DNA from: a virus
Lineage: Duplodnaviria; Caudoviricetes
Direction: 5' to 3' (one strand)
Virus record (IMG/VR): IMGVR_UViG_3300027772_000952
Location: 1-44,844 of that record
DNA: 44,844 nt
Made by a program: the position numbers and the translations under genes. Shown one piece after another: positions 9,553 to 18,254 of this stretch (positions within the stretch are counted from its first letter, which is position 1; each line of letters begins with the position of its first letter). Under the pieces are notes generated by a model. The model was not told the origin of the DNA, did not search any database, and saw only the letters and a list, made by a program, of their open reading frames with translations.

Positions 9553-9634
9553 GTTAGTTAAAATGTCAAACCCATAGATAGGTGCTTTATCAAAAACTTG
9601 TGGGGTGTACCAACTTTTTTGCTTTATTTATGAC

Positions 9635-12505
9635 TTAACTGCCAGTATAATTAGGATTGCGTACAAGAGGAATAGTAGTAGAGCTGTTATCTGTAAACAC
9701 ATAAATAGGGGCATCGCTAAAAATTATACGTACAGCGCCGATGCCGCCTGTACTTCCATAAGCTGCTTTCCCGCCTGATCCGCCATAGCCATAGTTGGCA
9801 GTTGGCAATCCCGAATCTACACTACCGTTCCCGCCGGTGGCGTATCGGGCACCGTTGTTACCGGAAACACCAATTCCATATATACCAACGCCACCGCCGA
9901 TACGACCACCACCACCAAAATCGCCACCGCCACCTCCTCCGCCACCTCCTGCTTGACCGGAGGTGCTCGTAACGATGGAGGCGTTGGTTTGACCGTTCCC
10001 GCCGGGGCCGCCGTATCCACCGGCACCACCACCACCGGCACCATAATGAGTTGTGCTGATATAGTCTGGGCCATTACCGCCATTACCGCCAGAACCGCTA
10101 ACGGTACTATAACCTACAGGTACGACGCTAAGTGTTGGTAAAGTCACGCCACCGCCGGTGCCGCCAGTGCCGCCTTGATCGTTTTGGAGGCCGCCGCCAC
10201 TACCGCCACCGGCGATCCAAGAAACACCTTGATAAGTTATATAACTAGGCCCGCCTGGGGATCCACCAAAATCGGGACCGCCAACGCCTCCGCCTGCTCC
10301 ACGCCAGATGCCCACCTCTGTCCCAGGTGTTACAGGATAATTGGAAAATGCTACTAAAGCACCACCACCGGCACCACCACCACACCTTGCATCGGAAATA
10401 TAGCCACCACCACCGCCACCACCGCCTACAATTACTGCGCTCATATAAAAGCATTTAAGAGGTACGGTCAGTGCTGAAAAAGCAGCAGAAGATATGTATT
10501 CCTTGGTAACTGCATTAGCTGTTGAGTTATGTAACTGATATCTGTGTACAACACCTGAACCTGTAATAGTCGCCCAATTGGAGGTCTGTGCAGCTAAAAA
10601 GACTTCTCCAGTTAAATTATCTACATATGGTTTACAAAGAAATGTTCCAGTACTAGGGTTAATTATATTAGCGGCTGAGTTCCAGTGGTAGGCATTAGCC
10701 AAAGTCTGCGGGGTTACACCAGAAGGTGCTGCAGATAATTTATTATTTGTAATATTTGTACTTAGATCGGCAAGCGCAAATTTAAATGTTACTAAAGCTG
10801 CTATGGTTATATCAGTTCTATGGCGTTTTATACATAAAAAACTCATACTGTCACTGGGGCCTGCAATTGCGGTCATTATGTAAGGATCAAGATAATTAAT
10901 CCAACTTGAATCGCGAGAGTCTTTAAGGGTTAGAAATTTATTAACTTGTGTAGCATCATAAGTATACTCAGTCCAATTATTATTAACACTCGAATATTTA
11001 ATACAAGAAAGAGTAGCTACTGGAGCAGTAGTTTCACGAAATACATAGAATATATCATCATACTTTGGGCTGGCTGTGACCGTTATATAGTATAAAGTGG
11101 CGCTACCCGCAAGTGTATGTGTTGCGCCCCATTCATATCCCCCACTACTATAAGTAGTATTAGTATAAATAACGAGTTTTCCTGTATTCTCTACTGCGGG
11201 TGATATTTGGTCAGCGTTGCTGCAAGATAAAGCTATATGCGTACCACTACCACTAATTTTAATATGAGTTGGAAAAATGTCGTTATTTGCAACTGCACTC
11301 GGTACATTGGCAATAGGTATTGTTTGTCTAAGAGTCCATGTGGTTGTAGCAGTTGTCGCTCTAGTATATATATTTATTTGCACTCCAGGATTCGCACCTA
11401 CAAATACTAAACCATTATCTGATATATCCATAACCGCAGTAGCGAATACCCCGCTGATTACCGTACTGTTATCTACTAGAGTTTGTGTTAAAGTCCATGT
11501 AGTATCATTGGACTTAAAATAAACATACCATTTGGTGGAAGCATTGTCACTTGTCCTAGCACCCACAATTAACATGTTTGAGATAAGACAAATTTTTGTC
11601 TGGGTGACATAACCAGCATCAACAGGCAAATCTATCTTAGTTTGATAAACCGGATTTGTTCCTGCTAAAGTAGTGTAGATATAAACGGAATTATAGACGT
11701 ATTCAGAACGAACAGCTCCACTTAAATCTGATCTTCCTAATACAGCTAAAGTCCCACCATAAGCCGCTATAGCTTTACCAAAATTGGCATTAGTACTATT
11801 AGTAAATAAATTTGTTGGAGCCGCTAATGATGATACAAAATTTAAACCATAACCAGGTTCTGATACAGTAAAATACAACCTAAAGAATGTACGAGCATTA
11901 GCTAAGTTTACTCCATCAGACGCGGTAATTGTAAGCTCAAAACTTCCACCGTGAGCAGTATTAGTTGAAGGCGTTATAGTGAATACGTCATTATTCTGTG
12001 CTATAGTAGCTACGTTGCCTAGTGTACCCGCAGTAATAGTATAACTCCAATTAATCGGGCCATATTCAGGGTCTTGTGCAGCCATAGTAATTACTACAGG
12101 TGTACCTGTTGTACTTAGTAGATAACCTGGTTGAGGTCCTGCTGTAATAACTGGTGCTAAGTTAGCAGTAGTTGCAGTAAATATCAAAATCCAGGAAGTT
12201 CCGTTATACAGATACATCCTGTTAGTTGCGGTAACATATACTAAAGCTCCTTCATTAGCTGAAACCGGTAAGTTTGCTTCAAGCTCATAAATAGTTATTC
12301 CTGCACCTTGACTACCAGTAAATCCTGCACCTTGACTACCTGTATAGCCCATACTACCGGTATATCCATTAGCGCCTGCCGAACCTGTATAACCCGGAAA
12401 TGTAGTAACGGATTGCCAAGCGCGGCCATTCCATTGCCAAGATCTACCGCCAAAGGTGTAGACATCATTTGTTATGGGATTTACGGGAAAACTCACTGTA
12501 GTCAT
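9635..12505 (-). CDS. multi-domain tail fibre (N-terminal anchor, short GYTGS tract, Ig/cadherin-like domain, propeller-like region, C-terminal Gly-rich domain)
   Basis: FP-x-NP...W-x-WNGR-x-W N-terminus shared with 7075-9519; APVIT...DPE...ITASDG Ig pattern; terminal GGIGAVRIIF Gly-rich unit. Confidence 0.75.
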   Translation of the reverse strand: MTTVSFPVNPITNDVYTFGGRSWQWNGRAWQSVTTFPGYTGSAGANGYTGSMGYTGSQGAGFTGSQGAGITIYELEANLPVSANEGALVYVTATNRMYLYNGTSWILIFTATTANLAPVITAGPQPGYLLSTTGTPVVITMAAQDPEYGPINWSYTITAGTLGNVATIAQNNDVFTITPSTNTAHGGSFELTITASDGVNLANARTFFRLYFTVSEPGYGLNFVSSLAAPTNLFTNSTNANFGKAIAAYGGTLAVLGRSDLSGAVRSEYVYNSVYIYTTLAGTNPVYQTKIDLPVDAGYVTQTKICLISNMLIVGARTSDNASTKWYVYFKSNDTTWTLTQTLVDNSTVISGVFATAVMDISDNGLVFVGANPGVQINIYTRATTATTTWTLRQTIPIANVPSAVANNDIFPTHIKISGSGTHIALSCSNADQISPAVENTGKLVIYTNTTYSSGGYEWGATHTLAGSATLYYITVTASPKYDDIFYVFRETTAPVATLSCIKYSSVNNNWTEYTYDATQVNKFLTLKDSRDSSWINYLDPYIMTAIAGPSDSMSFLCIKRHRTDITIAALVTFKFALADLSTNITNNKLSAAPSGVTPQTLANAYHWNSAANIINPSTGTFLCKPYVDNLTGEVFLAAQTSNWATITGSGVVHRYQLHNSTANAVTKEYISSAAFSALTVPLKCFYMSAVIVGGGGGGGGYISDARCGGGAGGGALVAFSNYPVTPGTEVGIWRGAGGGVGGPDFGGSPGGPSYITYQGVSWIAGGGSGGGLQNDQGGTGGTGGGVTLPTLSVVPVGYSTVSGSGGNGGNGPDYISTTHYGAGGGGAGGYGGPGGNGQTNASIVTSTSGQAGGGGGGGGGDFGGGGRIGGGVGIYGIGVSGNNGARYATGGNGSVDSGLPTANYGYGGSGGKAAYGSTGGIGAVRIIFSDAPIYVFTDNSSTTIPLVRNPNYTGS

Positions 12506-12516
12506 AATATTTCCTA

Positions 12517-12522
12517 TATTTA
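12517..12522 (-). promoter_or_regulatory. late-type promoter TAAATA overlapping the upstream stop codon
   Basis: Minus strand reads TAAATA-TAGGAAATATT-ATG(12505). Confidence 0.5.
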
Positions 12523-12750
12523 TTGAGCCTGTAACTCGGCTTCTAAAGCTGTTTTGTGGAGTTCAGCTTTTCGTTTTTCTAGTTGACTAAAAGCGATTAC
12601 TCGTTCCATATGAGCTTTATACTCTTGTAAAGCTGGGTCTTGGCCAATAGTATCAACAACACGTTGGTTTGTTGAAATATCTAAGTTAAAACGCTCTATT
12701 TCTTCCGTACGTGCTTGAATAGCATTAGTTAAATATTCTGTTTTATTCAT
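12520..12750 (-). CDS. small coiled-coil protein (possible fibre assembly chaperone)
   Basis: 76 aa, helical and charged, between fibre genes; AAGGA RBS. Confidence 0.65.
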   Translation of the reverse strand: MNKTEYLTNAIQARTEEIERFNLDISTNQRVVDTIGQDPALQEYKAHMERVIAFSQLEKRKAELHKTALEAELQAQ

Positions 12751-12762
12751 TGATTATCCTTG

Positions 12763-13938
12763 TTAATTTGTTAATGTGCCAAAAGCGACACTAGTTGGGT
12801 TTGCTTGACCTACTGGCATAATAGTAACTTCTCCGAAACCTGCGGTATTGTTCCATCCTAGAGCTATTTCTGATCCCGATGCGCCACTAGTTGAAAACAC
12901 AAGCAGTTTATCATCGGGAGAAAGAACCACATCTGACAGCAAGGAACTTTGTGAAAAAGTAAAACTAGGTGGGTCTGCAAATCTAGCACCTATACCATTT
13001 ATATCATCCCATTGATATGCTTGAATGCTGGCGGCGTCTGCCGCCGCGGTATGAAAGAATAATACGTTTCCAGCATTATTCCAAAATACTTTCAATATAA
13101 TAGTCACGCCGCCAGTAAAGTTAGCATAACTATACTCGCTACCGTAATAGTTAACAGGATCCCACCTAAATAATTTAAATTTAGGGGTTCCTCTATCCAT
13201 GCCAACTCCTATAACTGTTCCTGTTGGATTCCACGTAACACTGTAAGTATATCTACTACTATCATTAGTAATACTAAGTGGTGTTGATATAGATCCTAGA
13301 CTACTACCGTCGCTGTTGTTTATCCTAAACAAATAAACTAAGCCACCTGAAGCAGAGTGTCCGCTACCATAAAAATTGCCATCTGGAGATATGCTTGGTC
13401 GCCTAATCCCACTAAATGGATAGTTATTTAAGTATACCGCAGTAGTGGCTATTCCAAACGTTTTGGTCGCTGTATCATATGTAATACTACATAATCTGCC
13501 ATCAACTGCGGCTGACCAAAACCATAATCTATCAGATACGGGCGACGCTCTCATTGTATCTCGAGCAGGAGTGTAGGTTTGAGTTCCTGGAGAATATGTA
13601 GAAACTGCTCCGCCTGCTTTGGTAAATTCGTAACCATTAATTGAGTTGTAACTTGCGTAAAACAATGTTCTACCATATCTGTCCCAAGCAACGCTAGAAT
13701 AAGCATTACTACCTGGTGCTGTATATAAAGTGGTTGAAATAGCAGAGCCGGTCCACGCATAAATTAACGGCAAACTTGATTGTTGACCAATCACAAATAC
13801 TATTGAGAACTCTTGAGGCCAGATTTTAGTAGCCTGAAATCTAGTAATCTGGTTTAGAGTCCACCATCCGTTAGCATTTAAAAAAGTTACTACAGGAGCA
13901 GCAGCTCGTATGAATCCCCCAGGTCTTGTAAGTGCCAT
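12763..13938 (-). CDS. beta-propeller (WD40/YVTN-like) virion protein
   Basis: Repeated blades SVAWDRYG, SISPDG, SVTWNPTG, VFWNNAG, VLSPDD. Confidence 0.75.
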   Translation of the reverse strand: MALTRPGGFIRAAAPVVTFLNANGWWTLNQITRFQATKIWPQEFSIVFVIGQQSSLPLIYAWTGSAISTTLYTAPGSNAYSSVAWDRYGRTLFYASYNSINGYEFTKAGGAVSTYSPGTQTYTPARDTMRASPVSDRLWFWSAAVDGRLCSITYDTATKTFGIATTAVYLNNYPFSGIRRPSISPDGNFYGSGHSASGGLVYLFRINNSDGSSLGSISTPLSITNDSSRYTYSVTWNPTGTVIGVGMDRGTPKFKLFRWDPVNYYGSEYSYANFTGGVTIILKVFWNNAGNVLFFHTAAADAASIQAYQWDDINGIGARFADPPSFTFSQSSLLSDVVLSPDDKLLVFSTSGASGSEIALGWNNTAGFGEVTIMPVGQANPTSVAFGTLTN

Positions 13939-13947
13939 ATATATCCC

Positions 13948-14319
13948 TTAACTTATTTCGTCCCAAACAGCCACAACTGACACAAAGTTAGCCGTTCCAG
14001 CAGTGGCTCCAATAGACTGATTTTCCAGCAAGTAAATTGAGTTCGATTTATCTACTAACAACATACCTGCGTTGGCTGGAATACCTAGTGTACTTACTAA
14101 TGGGTAACCTGTGCCGCCAAGTTCTGCTGCACTATGCAGTGTAAGTGTTAAATTTACAGGAGCGGCATTTGTATTGGCGGCATTAATTACGTTGATTTTA
14201 AAAATCTTGCCGCTTCCAGCAGGATTATTAATTAACTGTGTTGCTGCTGTAGTGGTTAAAGTTACAGCAGAATTATTACCATATAAGTTTGTTGCAGAAG
14301 CTATGTTTGGATTAGCCAT
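13948..14319 (-). CDS. small beta-sandwich structural protein (123 aa)
   Basis: AAGGA RBS; same residue pattern as 15632-15973 (N...T-L-T-L...IP-x-N...L-x-E). Confidence 0.7.
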   Translation of the reverse strand: MANPNIASATNLYGNNSAVTLTTTAATQLINNPAGSGKIFKINVINAANTNAAPVNLTLTLHSAAELGGTGYPLVSTLGIPANAGMLLVDKSNSIYLLENQSIGATAGTANFVSVVAVWDEIS

Positions 14320-14328
14320 GTATGTTCC

Positions 14329-15639
14329 TTAAATATTTAAAATGTAGTATTTGAGGCCACTACCGGCACTGCCAGTAAATCCTATAGAGCCTGTGTAACC
14401 ATCACGTCCTATTACTCCGTCTACACCAGCAGATCCAGTGTATCCTAAACTTCCAGTATATCCTGCTCCACTCGTGGTGATTTCAACCCACTGCACTGTG
14501 TCACCATCGTCAGTCCACACAAATTCAAAACCCAATGACGAATCATACCATCTATCTCCAGCTGTAGGATTTAATGGAGGTGTATCTGAATAGGTAAATG
14601 AACTTTCGCCGCGACTACCAGTGTAGCCAACTGAACCAGAGTATCCAATTGCTGCTGCTTCTCCAGGAAGTCCGCGACTACCAGTGTAGCCAAGTTCGCC
14701 AGCACTACCCGTGTAGCCTACAGCAGCATAAGCACCATCGACACCTTGACTACCAGTGTATCCAACTGAACCAGTATAGCCCACTGAACCAGAGTATCCA
14801 ATTGCTGCTGCTTCTCCAGGAAGTCCGCGACTACCAGTGTATCCAACTGAACCAGTAAATCCTATAGCAGCATATTCGCCAGGAACACCTTGCGATCCTG
14901 TAAATCCTGCACTGCCTACTGATCCAGTATAGCCTAAAATACGACCAACGTCATTCCATGCTGATCCAGACCATACCCATAGGTTCCCTGTGTCCTGTGC
15001 AATGAATCCATCACCTTGGTTTCCAGTGTATGCAGGATCTAATCCTGAGCTTGTAGAAACTTGTCCAACAATGTTTACTGAAGTTCCTGCAGGGCCTTCG
15101 CTGCCAGTATACCCTAAGTCACCAATTGATCCTGTGTAGCCTTGGCGTCCTAGAAATCCACTAGCAGCTACTTCAACCCACTGTGCAGTATCACCATCGT
15201 CAGTCCATACTAGTTCTGCACCAGTTAGACTGTCCATCCATCTATCACCAACTTGTGGATTTATAGGAGCAGTTGGTCCGTAACTAAAACTACTTTCACC
15301 TTTGCTACCACTAAATCCACGGCTTCCAACAAATCCTTCTGTACCTCTACTTCCAGTAAAGCCACGACTTCCAGTAAATCCTAACGATCCAGTAAATCCC
15401 GCACCTCTTGATCCTGTAAATCCCTGACTACCAGTAAATCCAACTGATCCTGTTAATGATGTTACTGTAGACCACGATCTAGCACCTACGGTGGTACTGA
15501 CTAATACCTGTCCATCAATAGATGGTAAGCCAAGATCTGGTTCTGCATTTCCTACATCAAGATAGCTACCGCGATTAGGATCTAATGCTGCACCAGTTAG
15601 CTTTTTTACTCTACCGCTAACTAGACGGCTTTTACTCAT
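14329..15639 (-). CDS. collagen-like G[YF]TGS fibre protein (436 aa; start moved to MSKSR)
   Basis: ATG 15639 with GGAG RBS; Gly-X-Y tracts and two GDRW-x-DS...WTDDGDT-x-QWVE knobs. Confidence 0.8.
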   Translation of the reverse strand: MSKSRLVSGRVKKLTGAALDPNRGSYLDVGNAEPDLGLPSIDGQVLVSTTVGARSWSTVTSLTGSVGFTGSQGFTGSRGAGFTGSLGFTGSRGFTGSRGTEGFVGSRGFSGSKGESSFSYGPTAPINPQVGDRWMDSLTGAELVWTDDGDTAQWVEVAASGFLGRQGYTGSIGDLGYTGSEGPAGTSVNIVGQVSTSSGLDPAYTGNQGDGFIAQDTGNLWVWSGSAWNDVGRILGYTGSVGSAGFTGSQGVPGEYAAIGFTGSVGYTGSRGLPGEAAAIGYSGSVGYTGSVGYTGSQGVDGAYAAVGYTGSAGELGYTGSRGLPGEAAAIGYSGSVGYTGSRGESSFTYSDTPPLNPTAGDRWYDSSLGFEFVWTDDGDTVQWVEITTSGAGYTGSLGYTGSAGVDGVIGRDGYTGSIGFTGSAGSGLKYYILNI

Positions 15640-15973
15640 TACTTGTCTCCAACACACTCATAACCAAGTTGATTGTACTGTTGACACTGACCACTGCTTT
15701 TACAGATGCACCTTCTTCCATGACTAATTTACCTGTGGTAATCTCTGCTGAGTCATTAGTCGGAATAGTAAATTCTTTCAGCATGACGTAATCTACATCA
15801 TTCTTTCTAAGTGTAAATGTTATAGTGGCAGCCACAGTGCCAAAGTTACTAGCCTGTGCACCTAATACAATAGTAGTAATTCCCTCAGGAGTTGTATAGA
15901 TTGTCTGTTCGTTAGTGGTTAGTTCATATGGTTTAGTTCTAAACGTATTTAAGGGTAGTGCTGCGGTTGCCAT
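15632..15973 (-). CDS. small structural protein (113 aa; start MATAAL)
   Basis: GGAG RBS and ATG 1 nt after the upstream stop; IYTTP...IVLGAQ-x-SN pattern. Confidence 0.7.
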   Translation of the reverse strand: MATAALPLNTFRTKPYELTTNEQTIYTTPEGITTIVLGAQASNFGTVAATITFTLRKNDVDYVMLKEFTIPTNDSAEITTGKLVMEEGASVKAVVSVNSTINLVMSVLETSNE

Positions 15974-15974
15974 G

Positions 15975-18221
15975 TTAATCTCCAATTGCTAATATATAAG
16001 GTGTCATCACAGCAAACAAACTCTTAGTAAACGTTCTACCAGAAATTGTACCTGTATTCCTATTAATAATTAATCCGTCACCAATTCTAAAGTCTCCACG
16101 CTGGTCAGTACCAGTGTAGTAGATCTTTCCTTGGTTTAAAGCTACCGCTTGATTCTCTGCTATAGGAATGCCACCTAGATAAGGCAAAGCTGTATTTACA
16201 TTTGTACCAGCACCTATCCATTCAAAAGTGTGTCCCGATGAAGTGATCAAACTAAACTGATGAAAGCTAACATTGGCATTGTCCGCAATGTTAGCTGGCA
16301 CACTTTCTTCTAATACAATAGTACTTGAATAGGCATTGGTAATTAAATTAGTTACTATGTCAAACAACCCATCAGTTTGGGTAGCTTCAGCGGCACTTGC
16401 TGCGGGGTTGCTAGTACTTTGTGTTACTATAATGTTTAGTGCTGTGATGCTAGTGTTAACTACACAGGCAGCTACTACTGACTTAATGTAGTTAAAGGTA
16501 GCGGCCGTTGCTGCCTGTTCACCTACAGGTACCTGTAGTGTGCCTGTACTATAGTATTCATCAGCTGCATCTGCCGTTTGACTGTTGCCTCCGTAGAGTA
16601 CATCGTAGGTCACTGCATCTACAATTAAGCCAATGTCTCTGCGGCATTTAGTTTGATCGTAAGTTAATCCAGAGTAGTTTGCAGTAATGTAAGCAATGCC
16701 TTCTTCAATGATAAAGTTTCTATTGGCCTGTATGATAGTCTGTGCTTTGGGCTTGTTAGCATCAACATTGCTAGGACTAGCCCATACATACGCAGGAGCA
16801 GTGCCGCCGGCCATGATAGCCAGAATGATGTCAAAGTTGTTGCTGACTCTAGTTCGTTCTGCGCCCACTGTCATTAAGGCTAGTACTGCTGTTTTAACAA
16901 AGTTTACAGCAGCCAACGTTTCAGTTAGTTGTCCAGTTATTACTAGACTAGCAGTTGCTCTATTATAGCTGATACCTGCTTGTATGCTCTTGTAGTTAGT
17001 GCTGAACATCATATCATCAACCACTGCATCAATGATCAATCCTATATCACGTGTACACTTAAACTCATTGTAGTCAAAACTTAGATATGTTTCATTTAGA
17101 AAATCAATAGTGTCTGCTTGTATTTTACTCTTGCCATCTAGCACTGTTTGTCTTAGGTTTCTTGCAGTTGCGGATTCATCTGCATAGCTAGGTGTAGCTA
17201 TTGCAGTGCTACCACTGGTAAAGGGTGTAGAACTAAACAAAGTATAGTAAGTATCATCGCCTGCAAATTTAACCGCGTCGCCTACGTTAGGACGAGTAGT
17301 TAAATTATCTATGACAAATGTACGTCCTCTAATTTCACCGTTAACCTTGCCCGCATACAGTGTAGAGCTAACTCCGTCTGACTTCAGCGCATATGTACCA
17401 AAACTACTGTTACTGTTAGTTACTGAACAAAAGCCTCCGTACTCACACAAGAAGCCTACTGAGCAACAGATCGTAAACACAGACACTAACTGAGTGTTAC
17501 CTCTGTTCAACATGTGAATACCGATACCACCTTGGTTGTATTGAGTATACGCATCAACAACCATAGAGCGAAGTCCATCTGCGTGAGCACCATCTACTCG
17601 CATGCCTGTACCAGTGGTGGTCATTGATGTACAATTTTGTACATATGGACTGGTATGAATAACTCCTGCGCTGCCGTCTGGATTAAATGCCACTGCTGAT
17701 GAAGGACTTTCATGATCTTTAAAAGTCATGTGTGCTAGATAGACTGCATTGTTTACCCAAAACATATCTTGTGTTTTGTTAAGTGGACGAACTGTAACTG
17801 TACGTAAACTGTCGCCTACAATGGCCACGCCCTCTGGCACTATCATAGGATTAATTTCTGTATAATCTCCGCTTTTAACAAAAATTGTAGTGCCGTAGGT
17901 AGCTGTTGCCAATGCGGATCTAATTGTTAGTTTTGAACTAACTAGAGAATCACCAGCATTTAGATCGTTTCCGCTTTTGCTAACGTACATTACGTTAGAA
18001 ACAATACCACTACCTGCTGACCCTGTATAGCCTGCGCCGCCTTGAGATCCAGCAAAGCCCCTTAATCCACCATAGGCAAGTGTATTCCATCTATCAACAC
18101 CATTACCTACCTTAAACAACGAGGTATCTGTTTCAATAGCCATTTCCCCATCTGCCAAGATAGGGTTGGCTGTGGTCCACTCTAGTGCTGTTCCTCTTCT
18201 AAACTGTATTTGTATAGCCAT
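15975..18221 (-). CDS. tail fibre/spike with Mtd_N-like N-terminus, pectin-lyase-like beta-helix and two KC-x-RDIG helical repeats
   Basis: IQFRRGT...NPIL-x-DGE-x3-ETDT-x2-FKVGNG; YVSKSGND...IFVKSGDY; KCTRDIG and KCRRDIG repeats. Confidence 0.8.
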   Translation of the reverse strand: MAIQIQFRRGTALEWTTANPILADGEMAIETDTSLFKVGNGVDRWNTLAYGGLRGFAGSQGGAGYTGSAGSGIVSNVMYVSKSGNDLNAGDSLVSSKLTIRSALATATYGTTIFVKSGDYTEINPMIVPEGVAIVGDSLRTVTVRPLNKTQDMFWVNNAVYLAHMTFKDHESPSSAVAFNPDGSAGVIHTSPYVQNCTSMTTTGTGMRVDGAHADGLRSMVVDAYTQYNQGGIGIHMLNRGNTQLVSVFTICCSVGFLCEYGGFCSVTNSNSSFGTYALKSDGVSSTLYAGKVNGEIRGRTFVIDNLTTRPNVGDAVKFAGDDTYYTLFSSTPFTSGSTAIATPSYADESATARNLRQTVLDGKSKIQADTIDFLNETYLSFDYNEFKCTRDIGLIIDAVVDDMMFSTNYKSIQAGISYNRATASLVITGQLTETLAAVNFVKTAVLALMTVGAERTRVSNNFDIILAIMAGGTAPAYVWASPSNVDANKPKAQTIIQANRNFIIEEGIAYITANYSGLTYDQTKCRRDIGLIVDAVTYDVLYGGNSQTADAADEYYSTGTLQVPVGEQAATAATFNYIKSVVAACVVNTSITALNIIVTQSTSNPAASAAEATQTDGLFDIVTNLITNAYSSTIVLEESVPANIADNANVSFHQFSLITSSGHTFEWIGAGTNVNTALPYLGGIPIAENQAVALNQGKIYYTGTDQRGDFRIGDGLIINRNTGTISGRTFTKSLFAVMTPYILAIGD

Positions 18222-18248
18222 TTTATGTTTAATCTACTGTTATTTTAA

Positions 18249-18254
18249 TATTTA
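18249..18254 (-). promoter_or_regulatory. late-type promoter TAAATA overlapping the upstream stop codon
   Basis: TAA of 18252-24980 extended to TAAATA, 27 nt before ATG 18221. Confidence 0.5.

Noticed and set aside
9547-9571. TTGACA near TATAAA on the minus strand as a sigma70 promoter
   Set aside because: Spacer is only about 11 nt; better explained as a late TATAAATA box
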